From an uncultured virus (IMG/VR IMGVR_UViG_3300011912_000001) (taxonomy: Duplodnaviria > Heunggongvirae > Uroviricota > Caudoviricetes): 64,000 nt of DNA. Made by a program: the position numbers and the translations under genes. Location of the stretch: the IMG/VR virus record IMGVR_UViG_3300011912_000001, one strand, 5' to 3'. Positions 10,509 to 20,445 of this stretch are shown here, one piece after another; the stretch's first letter is position 1; each line of letters starts with the position of its first letter. Below the pieces are notes generated by a model. It was not told the origin of the DNA and searched no databases. It saw nothing but the letters and a program-made list of their open reading frames with translations.

Positions 10509-13500
10509 ATGAACGCAACTGAAGCGTTGATTGTATCAATTCAAAAGCCATCAGAAGACAGTGCATGGCGATTGGTGATGCTTCTAAATGGCGAACTACT
10601 GACCGCAACAAGCATCGGGACTAACGGGCAAACACCCGCTGGTCCCCGTTTGCGTCAGGTACTGAGTCATCTAGAACCACATATTAAAGGATATCCCTTC
10701 GAATACGGTATGAGTATGATACCAGACGGCACCAAACGACTAGCGATGGTGCGGTATATCGGAGAACAAATGGGACTCGTTGAAGTCACAGCTCGTACCT
10801 TGAATACGATTCTTCGGTCGAAGGTCACGCCACGAGAATTTAGTGTCGACGAAATCATTCCATTCTCTGAAGGATTCACAGGAGAAGGATTTGTTTCGAC
10901 ACCACAAGAACCTGTCATGGGACTGATGTCTCTTGTCAATGATGGTGGCGGTGGAGGCGGCGCAAGTGCTCCTGAAGAAGAAACGATTACAACAGGTCCT
11001 GAGCAATTCATTCTCTATGGTGAAGTAAAAAAAGTCGTTGACGGCGATACAGCTGACATCGAAATCCTAGCACTCCATGAACGGATGCGTGGGAAGATGG
11101 TCGGTAAATACTTCATGGACGTGGGAGAAGAAATCACAGTTCGTTTCCTAGGGATTGATAGCCCTGAAACGAAGAAGGATTATGATGGCGGATACGGAGC
11201 TAAAGAGAATACAGAGCTTGCGGCAATGTGGGATGTCACCGTTGATGTCGTCTTCGATGTAGCAGAAGAAGCGAAACATACGACGATGAACATGATTACG
11301 CCGGGGACTTCAAAAGCTTTTGTTATCATTGCGCTCCAATACAATAAGAAAACAAACAAAGCAATGGCGGATTCTGGTAACGGTCAGCGCCCACTGGGAA
11401 CGCTTTATCAAGTCAGTACGAAAATCAAAGACGTTGATAAATTCCTTGCTGAGATGACGAAGCCAAACAGTAAGGGGAAAAACATCAACAAAACATTACT
11501 TGGAAAACGATATTCAAAAGACGCTCGTCTACCGTTGTTCCAACACGATTTGTTCAATGCTCCAAACCAGACGGATAATGGTATTAACACAGGCGGTTGG
11601 GGAGCTGAAGTTGGATATACGGAACCGGTCACTAAAGAATACAAAGAACCAAGTGATGTCGACAATACCTCACCGAACAAAGAAAAAGATTCTTTGGATG
11701 AAAACATGTTTGCGATGCGATATGAAGAACAAGTGTCGAATGCGTTGGATTTTGTCGTACCCAATGATGACCGGGTATTAGAGGGTAAAATTTATAGTAA
11801 GTCGATTAAGTTGTCTGATGATGAAAATGCGCTCGAAGAACCGTTTGATTATATTCATAAAGTACGGATTGGTGACGTTCTACTAGATGTTCCCCCGCTT
11901 TCCATTTCGATGGCACGGATGGGCAACATTGAAAAGATTAAAACCCTTCGGACGCAAAGCTCGATGATGAAAGGTGTCGGAAGCGCGAATACGACGTTGA
12001 CGTTAGACCTCTATTTCCATGGGATGGATGACATCAACGGTAGACAAGAAGATGCGTATGAGATTGATGGCGTCAAGTACTACTACCATATGGATGGATT
12101 GCGGACATTGATTGCGCAATTCAAGAAAGCGCCGTTCCTTCCGATTGATAACCATTACATCAACACGACATTGAATATTCATAATGTAGCGTTACATAAC
12201 TTAAAAATTGAAACTGTTGAAGATTTCCCTGAATCGTTGAAAGCGACATTGACGTTGTCGAAGTTTGAAGTCGAAGCATTCATGTTACCAGAACCAAGCT
12301 TATCTTCGGTCATGAATTATCCGTTGTTCCGTTGGTACTACCAACAAGCAATGCAACCGATTCGAGAAGATGAATTGCCGGGACGGGTCTACCTCGAACC
12401 GATTAATCGTGTATCAAACGATTTCCAGTTCTTCGTAGCCGACGAAAACAAATTATCGTTCCGTCAAGATGCTATCAGTAAAGTTAATAAGATGACTCCG
12501 CCAGACGAGTACCGGGAACAAGCGAAAAAGAAAACGAGTGAAGCCGGAAAACGAATGGAAGACGGGAAGCGAAGCCAGAAGATTTTAGGGCAATACAAAC
12601 GCTATACAGAAGTCATTAAAAACAGAGGGACATTCTTTGGTATCAGTCAAGTGATTAACCCGAACGCAAGTGGTTGGTCGAAAGAAGCCTTTGACACGAT
12701 TTATGAAGGTTCAAAACCGAACTGGGAAAAAGGTGTTCAGAACTCATTCTTCGTTTCGAAAGAATACTTCGAATGGAACAAATTCATGGAGCACTTCGAG
12801 AAGATGCCTAGTTTCATGGAAGCATGGGAAAAAGAAGGCAAGGAAGCGGAAGGCGTCTTTATGATGGCATTCGGAGACAGTGAGAACTATAAGAAGTTTG
12901 ATTCACGCTACGTCCTGTATAAAGACGGAGCTCCATTCAAACGAGCAGACGGGACCGGTTACCTCGTCATTCCTTCGACATTAAAGAACCGTAAAATCTT
13001 AGCGAACGTCACAGAAGAAGAACAAAACGTCTTAGATGAAATCAATGACTACGAGGAACGTTACCAAGCACTCGTTGAAATCGTCAACTCGACAGAAGAA
13101 TCGGTGAAGATGGTTCCGTTCGACATCCCTGATTTATTACCAACAGGCATGTCCGTCATCTATGAGAATCAATTCTCTTCGATGCAAGTGGAACTGTTGG
13201 ATTCTCCGACCTTGCAATACCTAGGAGGACAAGACCCGTACATTCAATTGATGTTCGATGGAACGGAAGAAACGGTGCGTGCTGTCAACAACATGATGTT
13301 ACTGGTCGAACGATATAACCGTCAGTACCGCCAAGGGATTGTTTCTGGGTTTATGGACGTTGAGAACTCCATCTTACGTTTGATGGGTGTTAAATCAGTC
13401 ATGCCAGAGAACATTAGCATTGATACGGTACCGGGCTCACCGGGACGCTTCCAAATCATGATGACACTCTGTGGGTTCAACCGGACGCAACGCCGTCTAG

Positions 13501-16500
13501 AACGCTTACAAGGCGTCTCAGCGGTCATGGGCGATACCAAACTCAATGACCGATACGTCAAAAACTATTCGAAAGAAAAAGACTTTGCCGTCCTTGAATA
13601 CCGGATGCGGTCGATGGAAGTCTACCCAGACTTAGAATTGCCAACATTCGATGAGCTGAATGCGGTGTTAAAAGATGACATTCTAAAAACAGGTATCAAA
13701 GAATACAAGAACAATCAGAAGCAATACTTCGTCGACCCAGACTTCTATATCAATTCCAGTAATACGTTACAGCAATTCATCAAGGAAGAGATTGAAGACA
13801 AGACTGGTTTCAGCGTCATCACCTACGACAACACAGGAGCCAAAGAAGGAACAACGACAAAGAGTAAAGGATTCTTGGATTCAGAGTTGTCAAGCGACTT
13901 CAATAGTGCGTTCTCTATCACGGATAAAACCGTTGAGATGGTTCCGTCAGATTTAACATGGAAAGACAAAGACGAGAAAAAAGGCAACAAAAAAGAAAAG
14001 GGCGAAAACTCGTTGGCGAAAATGGCGAACGTCGAATTGACAGGCGACGTCGCTGACTATGTAAAAGAAGATGGAAAATCGAAAGCCCCTTATCATACGC
14101 CACCAAGCTATGAGAAGTGGAAAAAGTATTCTGGAAACAGCAAGAAAAGTAAGAAAGAATACGAGGATTGGGCAAAGAGTAATAAGAAAAACCCTAGCGA
14201 AGCAGACATCTGGTTCTATGTCATGAAAAAGATTGTCAATGTCTTTGGTAAAGGCATGTTAAAGATGACGAAGCTTGACGAAGAAGTCATCGTCCAACAA
14301 GTTTCAGGAACACGAAATAGTGATTGGTTAGAAGGTAGTATCTTAAACAGCCCTGACGTTCAAATGAAATACTTCTATGCTTCTTCAGGAAAGATTTCGA
14401 AAAAAGGGAACTTCCATTACGTTAACTTCGGAGACGATGAATCGTTCAATGGTTCAGTCAATAAACTCTATGAAGATATCATGGATTGGGATAAATTCGA
14501 TTTGAAATGGAAGAAGATGAAAAAGGTCGACTCCCCGAATGGAGAAAAGAATGCGGACCTTGATAACGTCACGAATCTTTTAAATAGTACCCGCTGGACA
14601 AAAGAAGATGGTTTGCAACCGATTGAAGGAAAAGATGAATGGGGCGTCGTCAAGATTCCAATTCACCGTTTATCCGGTATTATCAAAGCCATCATGCTGT
14701 TGCATTCACGTTGGGAAGTGTTCAACCCAGCAGGTAAGCCTGTCCTCTCACAAGGATGGCGAGCAGGACTGATGGGGTATCCACTGGATATCGTCGAAGA
14801 CAAAGACCAAGCAGAGCGCTTGTTCTATGACTGGAAATACAACGTTGACCAATCATTGGCACTCTTACACAAGCACTACATCAAAGCTTCAAAACAAAAT
14901 GACCTTCGTTTCAAGTCACGGAACTTGGAATGGATGGTGTGGCAGTACGGAGTCGCTGGGCAAGACAAAGAAGTTCTTCCAAAGAAAGAAAAGTCTTCAG
15001 AAGAAAAATCGGTGACGCCACGCCGTCTTGCACCGGGGAATGGATACGTCAACAATGTCATGAGTCAATGGCGGAAAGCGTATGCGACGACGACTCCTGA
15101 AGGAGCACCGGGGATTTATGCCGGAGGGATTTCCACTTTGATTCCAGAAGTCTTTGCAAAGTATGCAGGGATGGAAGGTAGCTTGTTGAAAGCTTTTGAA
15201 GGCGATAAGAAGTCAATGATTGACTTGATGATTAACGACTTGTATTACCCACTCAACATCTATAAGATGCAAAAGAGCAATGACTCGTTGGTGGATAAAT
15301 ACGATGATGCGAAAATGAAGAAAAAGAAACAAGAAGCCCGCAATCAATTGCAAAGTATGCCCGCTCAAAAAGTACAAGTCGCTTTCTTCAATCACTTAGG
15401 AGAACTCAAAAGTAAGATGGAAGAAGTCGACAAGGAAAGTCTTTGGGAATGGGGTGCTTGGGCGGCAGGAGGCGTTCTCGCTGTTATCGGTGGAGCGTTA
15501 CTAGGAGGACCGCTGGGTGCGGCCATTGCCTTAGGAGTCTTTGCCATCGGTGCCGGAACCGCCGGAGTCTTGGACATGGCAACGAACAGTTTTAGTTCTC
15601 GTACCAATGAAGTTGTCGATGCGTACACGGATATGACCGAACAAGGAGATGCGAATGCCAACAACCGACTCGTCAACCGTCTGAGTCCAGAAGAAACGCA
15701 CCTTCAAATGTATACGGACATGATTGAATACGACAAGCAAGGACGTTTGCTCCGGGCGTTCCCGACCTTCCAGATGTTCATCGTCGACGAAGGGAAATGG
15801 ATGGCGAACTATAAGATGTGGGATAACCTCTATGGATTCAATGCTATTCAATCGATTGATATCTATCGCTCTCGTAAGATTGCGGCGGATACGGCGACTA
15901 TCACGATGACGAACATGTACTCGAACTTGAACGGTCGGCGGACCGATATCATGAATGATAAAGCCAAAATGCCATCGTTCTTCTCGAACATCACATGGAG
16001 TCAATTCTTATTAGGACGTCCGTCAGAAGATTATGTCCAAGCTCGTAAAGAACTATATAAGTCGATGTACTTACAAACGGGAGCACGGATTCACTTACGA
16101 ATGGGATATGGTTCGAATGTATTGAATCTCCCAACGGTCTTTAATGGAACAATTACAGAGATGGATACATCAGAACTCGTGACACTCGTTTGTCAGGGAG
16201 ATGGATTAGAACTTTCGAACATGATTTCAGGTGACCCGGATGACAACAATAAGAGCTTCTTACGTGTCATGGAACCATCGGAAACGATTGGTCGTCTACT
16301 AACTTCTAAAGGGGGTTGGTTGCGTGACTTGATTTCAGCACAAACCGACGGGGAATTCTATAAGGATAACCCATTAGGGATTGCACACTTCGGCGCACCG
16401 ATTGAATCGCCTTCTGGAAACTTTGTTCCGTTCAACCGGGACTACGGGGAAGCGGCGCAAAACATCTATTCTTCAAACGGCATCGGAAACTTTGACCAAT

Positions 16501-18128
16501 GGAAGAATGAGAAGGGTGAGAACGTCAACATGTGGGACGTGCTGACGGACTTTGAAACGTTCTCTAGTACGAACATCTTCAAGTTCGCTCAACCGGGAGA
16601 CGAAGACAATATCATAGTCAAGTATTACAACAATACGGTCTGGGATATTCTCCAAACGTTTGCCTATTGTTCAAGCGATTATATCGCCGCCGTCATGCCA
16701 TTTGAAATGCGCTCTACGGTCTTCTTCGGAAAACCACACTGGGGTGTTGCTTACCGGTATGATTCGACCTATGAGTTTGACTCAGCGACAGGCGAATGGA
16801 CACGGAAGTACGATAGTGAACACCGTAAGCCGTATATGCAGATGCACTTGTACAACAGTCACCACAACATCATTTCAAATAACATCAAAGCTTCTGAAGA
16901 AGGCGTGTACACGAACGTTATCGTCAGTTACGATGGACACGTTACACCAGTCGTTCAAGCAGATAATGATATTCGAATTGATAAACAAAAGACGATAGTC
17001 GTTGAAGCTGATATCGTCGGACGCTTCCCGGGTGACCCAACCGGTACGCTTGAGAAGTGGACGTCAGAGGGTCAAGCCTTAAAATATGGGCATTCAGCTG
17101 TACGTGATTATATGAAAGACATGTATAAAGGACACTTGCTCGTCATCGGTGACCCAACCGTGAAACCGCATGATGCGATGTATATGAATGATTCCATGGT
17201 CGACATGAGTGGGATTACGTTAGTCAAATCCGTCACCCATCATTTCTCTGTTGATACAGGCTTCGTCACATCGATTGAACCAGATGCATATGTCACAAAC
17301 TGGGACATGGAAATGCTTCACCATGGGAAGATGGGGTCGGCGTTCGGAGCAAAAGTTGCGATTGCGACATCTGCCATGGCATCTACATGGGTTACGAAAA
17401 AAGTCGTCCAACGTTCAGGCGTGTATAAATGGTTGATGGACGAGAATGGAAAAGGCAAGCCGTTCGTCAAAGAACAGATTAGTCGATTCCATACTCAGAA
17501 CGCACTGGATAAGATGCTTGAAGGGAAAGACATGCCAGATGATTTAAAAGACTTGGCGAAGAAGTTGCGGAATGCGAAGACGAAAGCAGAAGTTGATACG
17601 CATTATGATGACATCAAAAAAGCACTCGACAAGCGTCTTGAAACATTGAAGGCGACAGGCGATGCCGACGTTGAAGTCTCGAAGCTTCGTTCTGAAGTGA
17701 AGTCATTGAAGAAGATGGTACGGATTGCCCGAACAGGTAAAGGAGCGGCGAAAGCGGCTTCGGTTGCCAAAGCAGGACTCAGTGTTGTTAAAGCCGGAAG
17801 TATCGTCAACCCGATTTCCTTGCTTGCGACAGCGGCTTTCACGGTCGCAACCGAAACACTGTTTGAGATGTGGCGTCGAAAGAAACAACAAACCCAATGT
17901 GTCACCATCTTCCCTCTGCAATATCGAGGAGGAGAATTGGTTGCCGGTATCAATGGTCACCAAGGGGCCGTGTACGGGGATGTTCCATCGAAAGCAGATA
18001 AGTTCTGGAATGCGAGTTTCGGAGACGACGAGAAAGAAGATACATGGTATGAGTACATCAGTGCAACCATGAACTTCCTTGCCGGAGATTCAAAAGAAGT
18101 TGAACAAAAGAACGCATACGAAGAGTAA
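10509..18128 (+). CDS. Giant multidomain tail/baseplate hub-like protein with thermonuclease (SNase) domain, degenerate lysozyme-like segment and TM segments
   Basis: SNase motifs VKKVVDGDTADI and VRFLGIDSPET. SLT-like IIKAIMLLHS..AGLM..DWKYNV. Hydrophobic WGAWAAGGVLAVIGGALLGGPLGAAIALGVFAIGAG. The C-terminal part resembles hub proteins (RIHLRMGYG..VFNGTITE; IGDPTVKPHD..VKSVTHHFS..GFVTSI). RBS AGGAGG upstream. Confidence 0.65.
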   Translation: MNATEALIVSIQKPSEDSAWRLVMLLNGELLTATSIGTNGQTPAGPRLRQVLSHLEPHIKGYPFEYGMSMIPDGTKRLAMVRYIGEQMGLVEVTARTLNTILRSKVTPREFSVDEIIPFSEGFTGEGFVSTPQEPVMGLMSLVNDGGGGGGASAPEEETITTGPEQFILYGEVKKVVDGDTADIEILALHERMRGKMVGKYFMDVGEEITVRFLGIDSPETKKDYDGGYGAKENTELAAMWDVTVDVVFDVAEEAKHTTMNMITPGTSKAFVIIALQYNKKTNKAMADSGNGQRPLGTLYQVSTKIKDVDKFLAEMTKPNSKGKNINKTLLGKRYSKDARLPLFQHDLFNAPNQTDNGINTGGWGAEVGYTEPVTKEYKEPSDVDNTSPNKEKDSLDENMFAMRYEEQVSNALDFVVPNDDRVLEGKIYSKSIKLSDDENALEEPFDYIHKVRIGDVLLDVPPLSISMARMGNIEKIKTLRTQSSMMKGVGSANTTLTLDLYFHGMDDINGRQEDAYEIDGVKYYYHMDGLRTLIAQFKKAPFLPIDNHYINTTLNIHNVALHNLKIETVEDFPESLKATLTLSKFEVEAFMLPEPSLSSVMNYPLFRWYYQQAMQPIREDELPGRVYLEPINRVSNDFQFFVADENKLSFRQDAISKVNKMTPPDEYREQAKKKTSEAGKRMEDGKRSQKILGQYKRYTEVIKNRGTFFGISQVINPNASGWSKEAFDTIYEGSKPNWEKGVQNSFFVSKEYFEWNKFMEHFEKMPSFMEAWEKEGKEAEGVFMMAFGDSENYKKFDSRYVLYKDGAPFKRADGTGYLVIPSTLKNRKILANVTEEEQNVLDEINDYEERYQALVEIVNSTEESVKMVPFDIPDLLPTGMSVIYENQFSSMQVELLDSPTLQYLGGQDPYIQLMFDGTEETVRAVNNMMLLVERYNRQYRQGIVSGFMDVENSILRLMGVKSVMPENISIDTVPGSPGRFQIMMTLCGFNRTQRRLERLQGVSAVMGDTKLNDRYVKNYSKEKDFAVLEYRMRSMEVYPDLELPTFDELNAVLKDDILKTGIKEYKNNQKQYFVDPDFYINSSNTLQQFIKEEIEDKTGFSVITYDNTGAKEGTTTKSKGFLDSELSSDFNSAFSITDKTVEMVPSDLTWKDKDEKKGNKKEKGENSLAKMANVELTGDVADYVKEDGKSKAPYHTPPSYEKWKKYSGNSKKSKKEYEDWAKSNKKNPSEADIWFYVMKKIVNVFGKGMLKMTKLDEEVIVQQVSGTRNSDWLEGSILNSPDVQMKYFYASSGKISKKGNFHYVNFGDDESFNGSVNKLYEDIMDWDKFDLKWKKMKKVDSPNGEKNADLDNVTNLLNSTRWTKEDGLQPIEGKDEWGVVKIPIHRLSGIIKAIMLLHSRWEVFNPAGKPVLSQGWRAGLMGYPLDIVEDKDQAERLFYDWKYNVDQSLALLHKHYIKASKQNDLRFKSRNLEWMVWQYGVAGQDKEVLPKKEKSSEEKSVTPRRLAPGNGYVNNVMSQWRKAYATTTPEGAPGIYAGGISTLIPEVFAKYAGMEGSLLKAFEGDKKSMIDLMINDLYYPLNIYKMQKSNDSLVDKYDDAKMKKKKQEARNQLQSMPAQKVQVAFFNHLGELKSKMEEVDKESLWEWGAWAAGGVLAVIGGALLGGPLGAAIALGVFAIGAGTAGVLDMATNSFSSRTNEVVDAYTDMTEQGDANANNRLVNRLSPEETHLQMYTDMIEYDKQGRLLRAFPTFQMFIVDEGKWMANYKMWDNLYGFNAIQSIDIYRSRKIAADTATITMTNMYSNLNGRRTDIMNDKAKMPSFFSNITWSQFLLGRPSEDYVQARKELYKSMYLQTGARIHLRMGYGSNVLNLPTVFNGTITEMDTSELVTLVCQGDGLELSNMISGDPDDNNKSFLRVMEPSETIGRLLTSKGGWLRDLISAQTDGEFYKDNPLGIAHFGAPIESPSGNFVPFNRDYGEAAQNIYSSNGIGNFDQWKNEKGENVNMWDVLTDFETFSSTNIFKFAQPGDEDNIIVKYYNNTVWDILQTFAYCSSDYIAAVMPFEMRSTVFFGKPHWGVAYRYDSTYEFDSATGEWTRKYDSEHRKPYMQMHLYNSHHNIISNNIKASEEGVYTNVIVSYDGHVTPVVQADNDIRIDKQKTIVVEADIVGRFPGDPTGTLEKWTSEGQALKYGHSAVRDYMKDMYKGHLLVIGDPTVKPHDAMYMNDSMVDMSGITLVKSVTHHFSVDTGFVTSIEPDAYVTNWDMEMLHHGKMGSAFGAKVAIATSAMASTWVTKKVVQRSGVYKWLMDENGKGKPFVKEQISRFHTQNALDKMLEGKDMPDDLKDLAKKLRNAKTKAEVDTHYDDIKKALDKRLETLKATGDADVEVSKLRSEVKSLKKMVRIARTGKGAAKAASVAKAGLSVVKAGSIVNPISLLATAAFTVATETLFEMWRRKKQQTQCVTIFPLQYRGGELVAGINGHQGAVYGDVPSKADKFWNASFGDDEKEDTWYEYISATMNFLAGDSKEVEQKNAYEE

Positions 18129-18134
18129 TCGACA

Positions 18135-18166
18135 GGCAAGAGGAATTTCCTCTTGTCTTTCTTTTT
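18135..18166 (+). terminator. Intrinsic terminator
   Basis: GGCAAGAGG-AATTT-CCTCTTGTC followed by TTTCTTTTT after the stop at 18128. Confidence 0.65.
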
Positions 18167-18179
18167 ATAGAAAGGTTAA
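18153..18179 (+). promoter_or_regulatory. Putative phage promoter (TTGTC..GGTTAA)
   Basis: One of six intergenic copies of a TTGnn-N15/16-GGTT(A/T) pattern. Confidence 0.35.
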
Positions 18180-18202
18180 GACATTAAGTAGAGGTGAAAC
18201 CT

Positions 18203-19372
18203 ATGGCAAAGAAAACCGATAAAAAAGTTACATACGGTCAACAAGTTAGTGAAATGAAAGAGTTCTATAAGCGTCGTTTGGATTTTGCATCAAGTTTCCG
18301 ACTTCCGGGATTTGATGAAAAAGATGATGAAGACGGAGGCGGGGATAAATCCTCTTCTGGTGAAGATTCATCGTCCGGTGAATTCAATGGTGAATTGTTA
18401 GGGGTCTCTGATTACAAAGGACCTGACAGCACGAAGACGAGAAACCCATGGAATAAAAGTGGAGGTCCTTTCTCTGCTGGTATCAAAGCAAAGATTAAAT
18501 CGACGTCGGTCCATGACGCCGCTATCAAAGAAGTCTGTGTCAAAGAAAAGATTGACCCGATGCTTGTTAAAGTCATCATCATGCTGGAGACAGCGGGTAA
18601 CCCGAAACTGATTTCAAGTGATGGTGCCGGTTCCATTGGGCTCATGCAGATTACTCCCGGGAACGTCGGGGTAGCCGTTGACGCTTCTCGTCTAAAAGAT
18701 GCACGGTACAACATTGAGATGGGTATCAAGATTATTCGTTCAAAAGCCGGTATCCTAAAAAGCTTAGGGCATGAACAAAGCGTCAAGAATATTGCATGGG
18801 CATGGAACGGGGTCAGTGACAAAGGGAAATTCTACCGGGATGCCTTCGCTGAAATCTACAAAGGTTTTGGACTGGACCCAGATGGTTCTTATACCAAAAT
18901 CAATGGTGTCAAAAAAGGAAGTAGTAAAAGTGGCGGTGGTGGCGGTGAAGTCAAGAAGGGTGCGGCGAAAAACTTCATCAACAAATGGCTGATTTCAGCA
19001 GACTTCCCACGTTATCCAGACGGAAGCTATCATTCAGGAATTGATTTTGCAGGGAGTGCTGGAAGTATTCGAGGAACAAAACTTCCTTGTTTCCATGCAG
19101 GGACGGTCTTCAATGTGGCTTTCATGGGAAATGGATATGGGAACTACATCGTCATCAAGACACCAGACAATCATTATCATTACTATGCTCACTTGGATGC
19201 GACCTATGTCAAAAAAGGGGACAAGGTGAAAGTCGACCAAATCATTGGTGTCGTTGGACACACGGGGCGTTCGACAGGACCGCACTTGCATTATGAAGTA
19301 CGTCCTAGTAATAACCGATACAACGATGCCTTGAATCCACGAAAGTTCTTAAAAGGAACGAATAAAGCGTAA
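18203..19372 (+). CDS. Virion-associated peptidoglycan hydrolase: lytic transglycosylase (SLT) plus M23 peptidase
   Basis: SLT: LVKVIIMLET..GSIGLMQI..YNIEMG. M23: HSGIDF, GYGNYIVI, YAHL, TGRSTGPHLHYEV. GAGGTG at 18191 favours ATG 18203. Confidence 0.9.
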   Translation: MAKKTDKKVTYGQQVSEMKEFYKRRLDFASSFRLPGFDEKDDEDGGGDKSSSGEDSSSGEFNGELLGVSDYKGPDSTKTRNPWNKSGGPFSAGIKAKIKSTSVHDAAIKEVCVKEKIDPMLVKVIIMLETAGNPKLISSDGAGSIGLMQITPGNVGVAVDASRLKDARYNIEMGIKIIRSKAGILKSLGHEQSVKNIAWAWNGVSDKGKFYRDAFAEIYKGFGLDPDGSYTKINGVKKGSSKSGGGGGEVKKGAAKNFINKWLISADFPRYPDGSYHSGIDFAGSAGSIRGTKLPCFHAGTVFNVAFMGNGYGNYIVIKTPDNHYHYYAHLDATYVKKGDKVKVDQIIGVVGHTGRSTGPHLHYEVRPSNNRYNDALNPRKFLKGTNKA

Positions 19373-19384
19373 AGGAGGTTCATC

Positions 19385-20014
19385 ATGGCAGAAGAAGAAA
19401 TCTTACCGTCGGGAATACCAACAGGAGAACCGGTTCCCGATACGATTGATAAAGACCCAGATATCTACGATGGATACATTGAAGAAGCGGAAAGCGTAGA
19501 AGATGAATTTTATAAAGAATGGCTGGTCATGCCTCGTGGGAAGTTAACGACCGGGCACTATCAACCACCGCAAGTCGGACGCATGGATTATCTTCGAAAC
19601 CGAACACGAGAAGCGTTTGAAACCAACTTCTATAAGTTCGACAAAATCGATGAACGGTATTTCGTTCATTTGAACCGCAACAACTCCATCAACTACTATC
19701 CGATTGATACGGTACGGGTGATGTCGATGCTATCCAACCGATTAGGTGGGAAAGTCTTATATGTCGTCAACGGTTTCCGTTCAACGAAAGAGAATCTAAC
19801 GAATGCCCATACAGCAGGACTTGCGATGGATTTCATGGTTGAAAGTTATGAAGAAGCACGAGAGATTGCAGATGCCGCTTATACGATGGGGATTCGCGCC
19901 ATCGCCATTCAAGGAGAATTCAATGAAGGCGAAGAAGGATTCGTCCACGTGGATATCGGACCGGCGGCAACATGGGCTTATGATGGAAAAGTCTATCAAG
20001 GGCCGGGGCTGTAA
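19385..20014 (+). CDS. Peptidase M15-family (Zn) protein
   Basis: NGFRS, AHTAGLAMDF (H-x6-D) and FVHVDIG motifs; RBS AAGGAGG. Confidence 0.8.
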   Translation: MAEEEILPSGIPTGEPVPDTIDKDPDIYDGYIEEAESVEDEFYKEWLVMPRGKLTTGHYQPPQVGRMDYLRNRTREAFETNFYKFDKIDERYFVHLNRNNSINYYPIDTVRVMSMLSNRLGGKVLYVVNGFRSTKENLTNAHTAGLAMDFMVESYEEAREIADAAYTMGIRAIAIQGEFNEGEEGFVHVDIGPAATWAYDGKVYQGPGL

Positions 20015-20019
20015 GCATC

Positions 20020-20055
20020 TATACTTTTAGGAAGAAAAAGGTTACATTCGTAACC
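20020..20055 (+). promoter_or_regulatory. Putative phage promoter (TATAC..GGTTAC) overlapping a GGTTAC-ATTC-GTAACC inverted repeat
   Basis: Same spacing as the other GGTTA motifs; perfect 6-bp inverted repeat at 20040-20055. Confidence 0.35.
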
Positions 20056-20072
20056 GATAAAGAGGTGAGAAC

Positions 20073-20432
20073 ATGAACCAAAACCCTATCGTACAAACGA
20101 TTATCGACAAAGCGGTCCGCCCGATGCTGGATAAGCAAGCGCGCACGGTACAAGGGGTCGTATCGTATGTGAATTACAAAGACCAATTGTTAGATATTGT
20201 GTACTTTGAACCCGGTGCACAAGTCCGTCGTTTCCGAAAGAACGTCCCGTTCCCAAAGGAGTCAGATGGCATCATCGGACAAACGATTAAGACAGGGAAC
20301 CAAGTCGAGTTGTCGTTTCGAGATAACTCGTATCAAAAACCTTACATCAGTAAAGTGTACAAAGAATTTAAAGAAGACCATCTGCAAGTGAAAAAGGGAC
20401 GGAATCTTCCGTTTCACACCGACTTGTTTTGA
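20073..20432 (+). CDS. Hypothetical protein, possible OB-fold baseplate spike-associated protein
   Basis: 119 aa with RBS GAGGTG. Pattern G.V..V.Y...IKTGNQVELSF...PYI resembles a gp5/gpV N-terminal OB fold. Position before wedge genes fits. Confidence 0.5.
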   Translation: MNQNPIVQTIIDKAVRPMLDKQARTVQGVVSYVNYKDQLLDIVYFEPGAQVRRFRKNVPFPKESDGIIGQTIKTGNQVELSFRDNSYQKPYISKVYKEFKEDHLQVKKGRNLPFHTDLF

Positions 20433-20445
20433 GAGGTGAGGACAT

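Noticed and set aside
2938..18128. Inteins in the giant proteins
   Set aside because: No convincing intein N-terminal block paired with a C-terminal HN-C/S/T, and no LAGLIDADG blocks seen; a HINT-domain search would settle it
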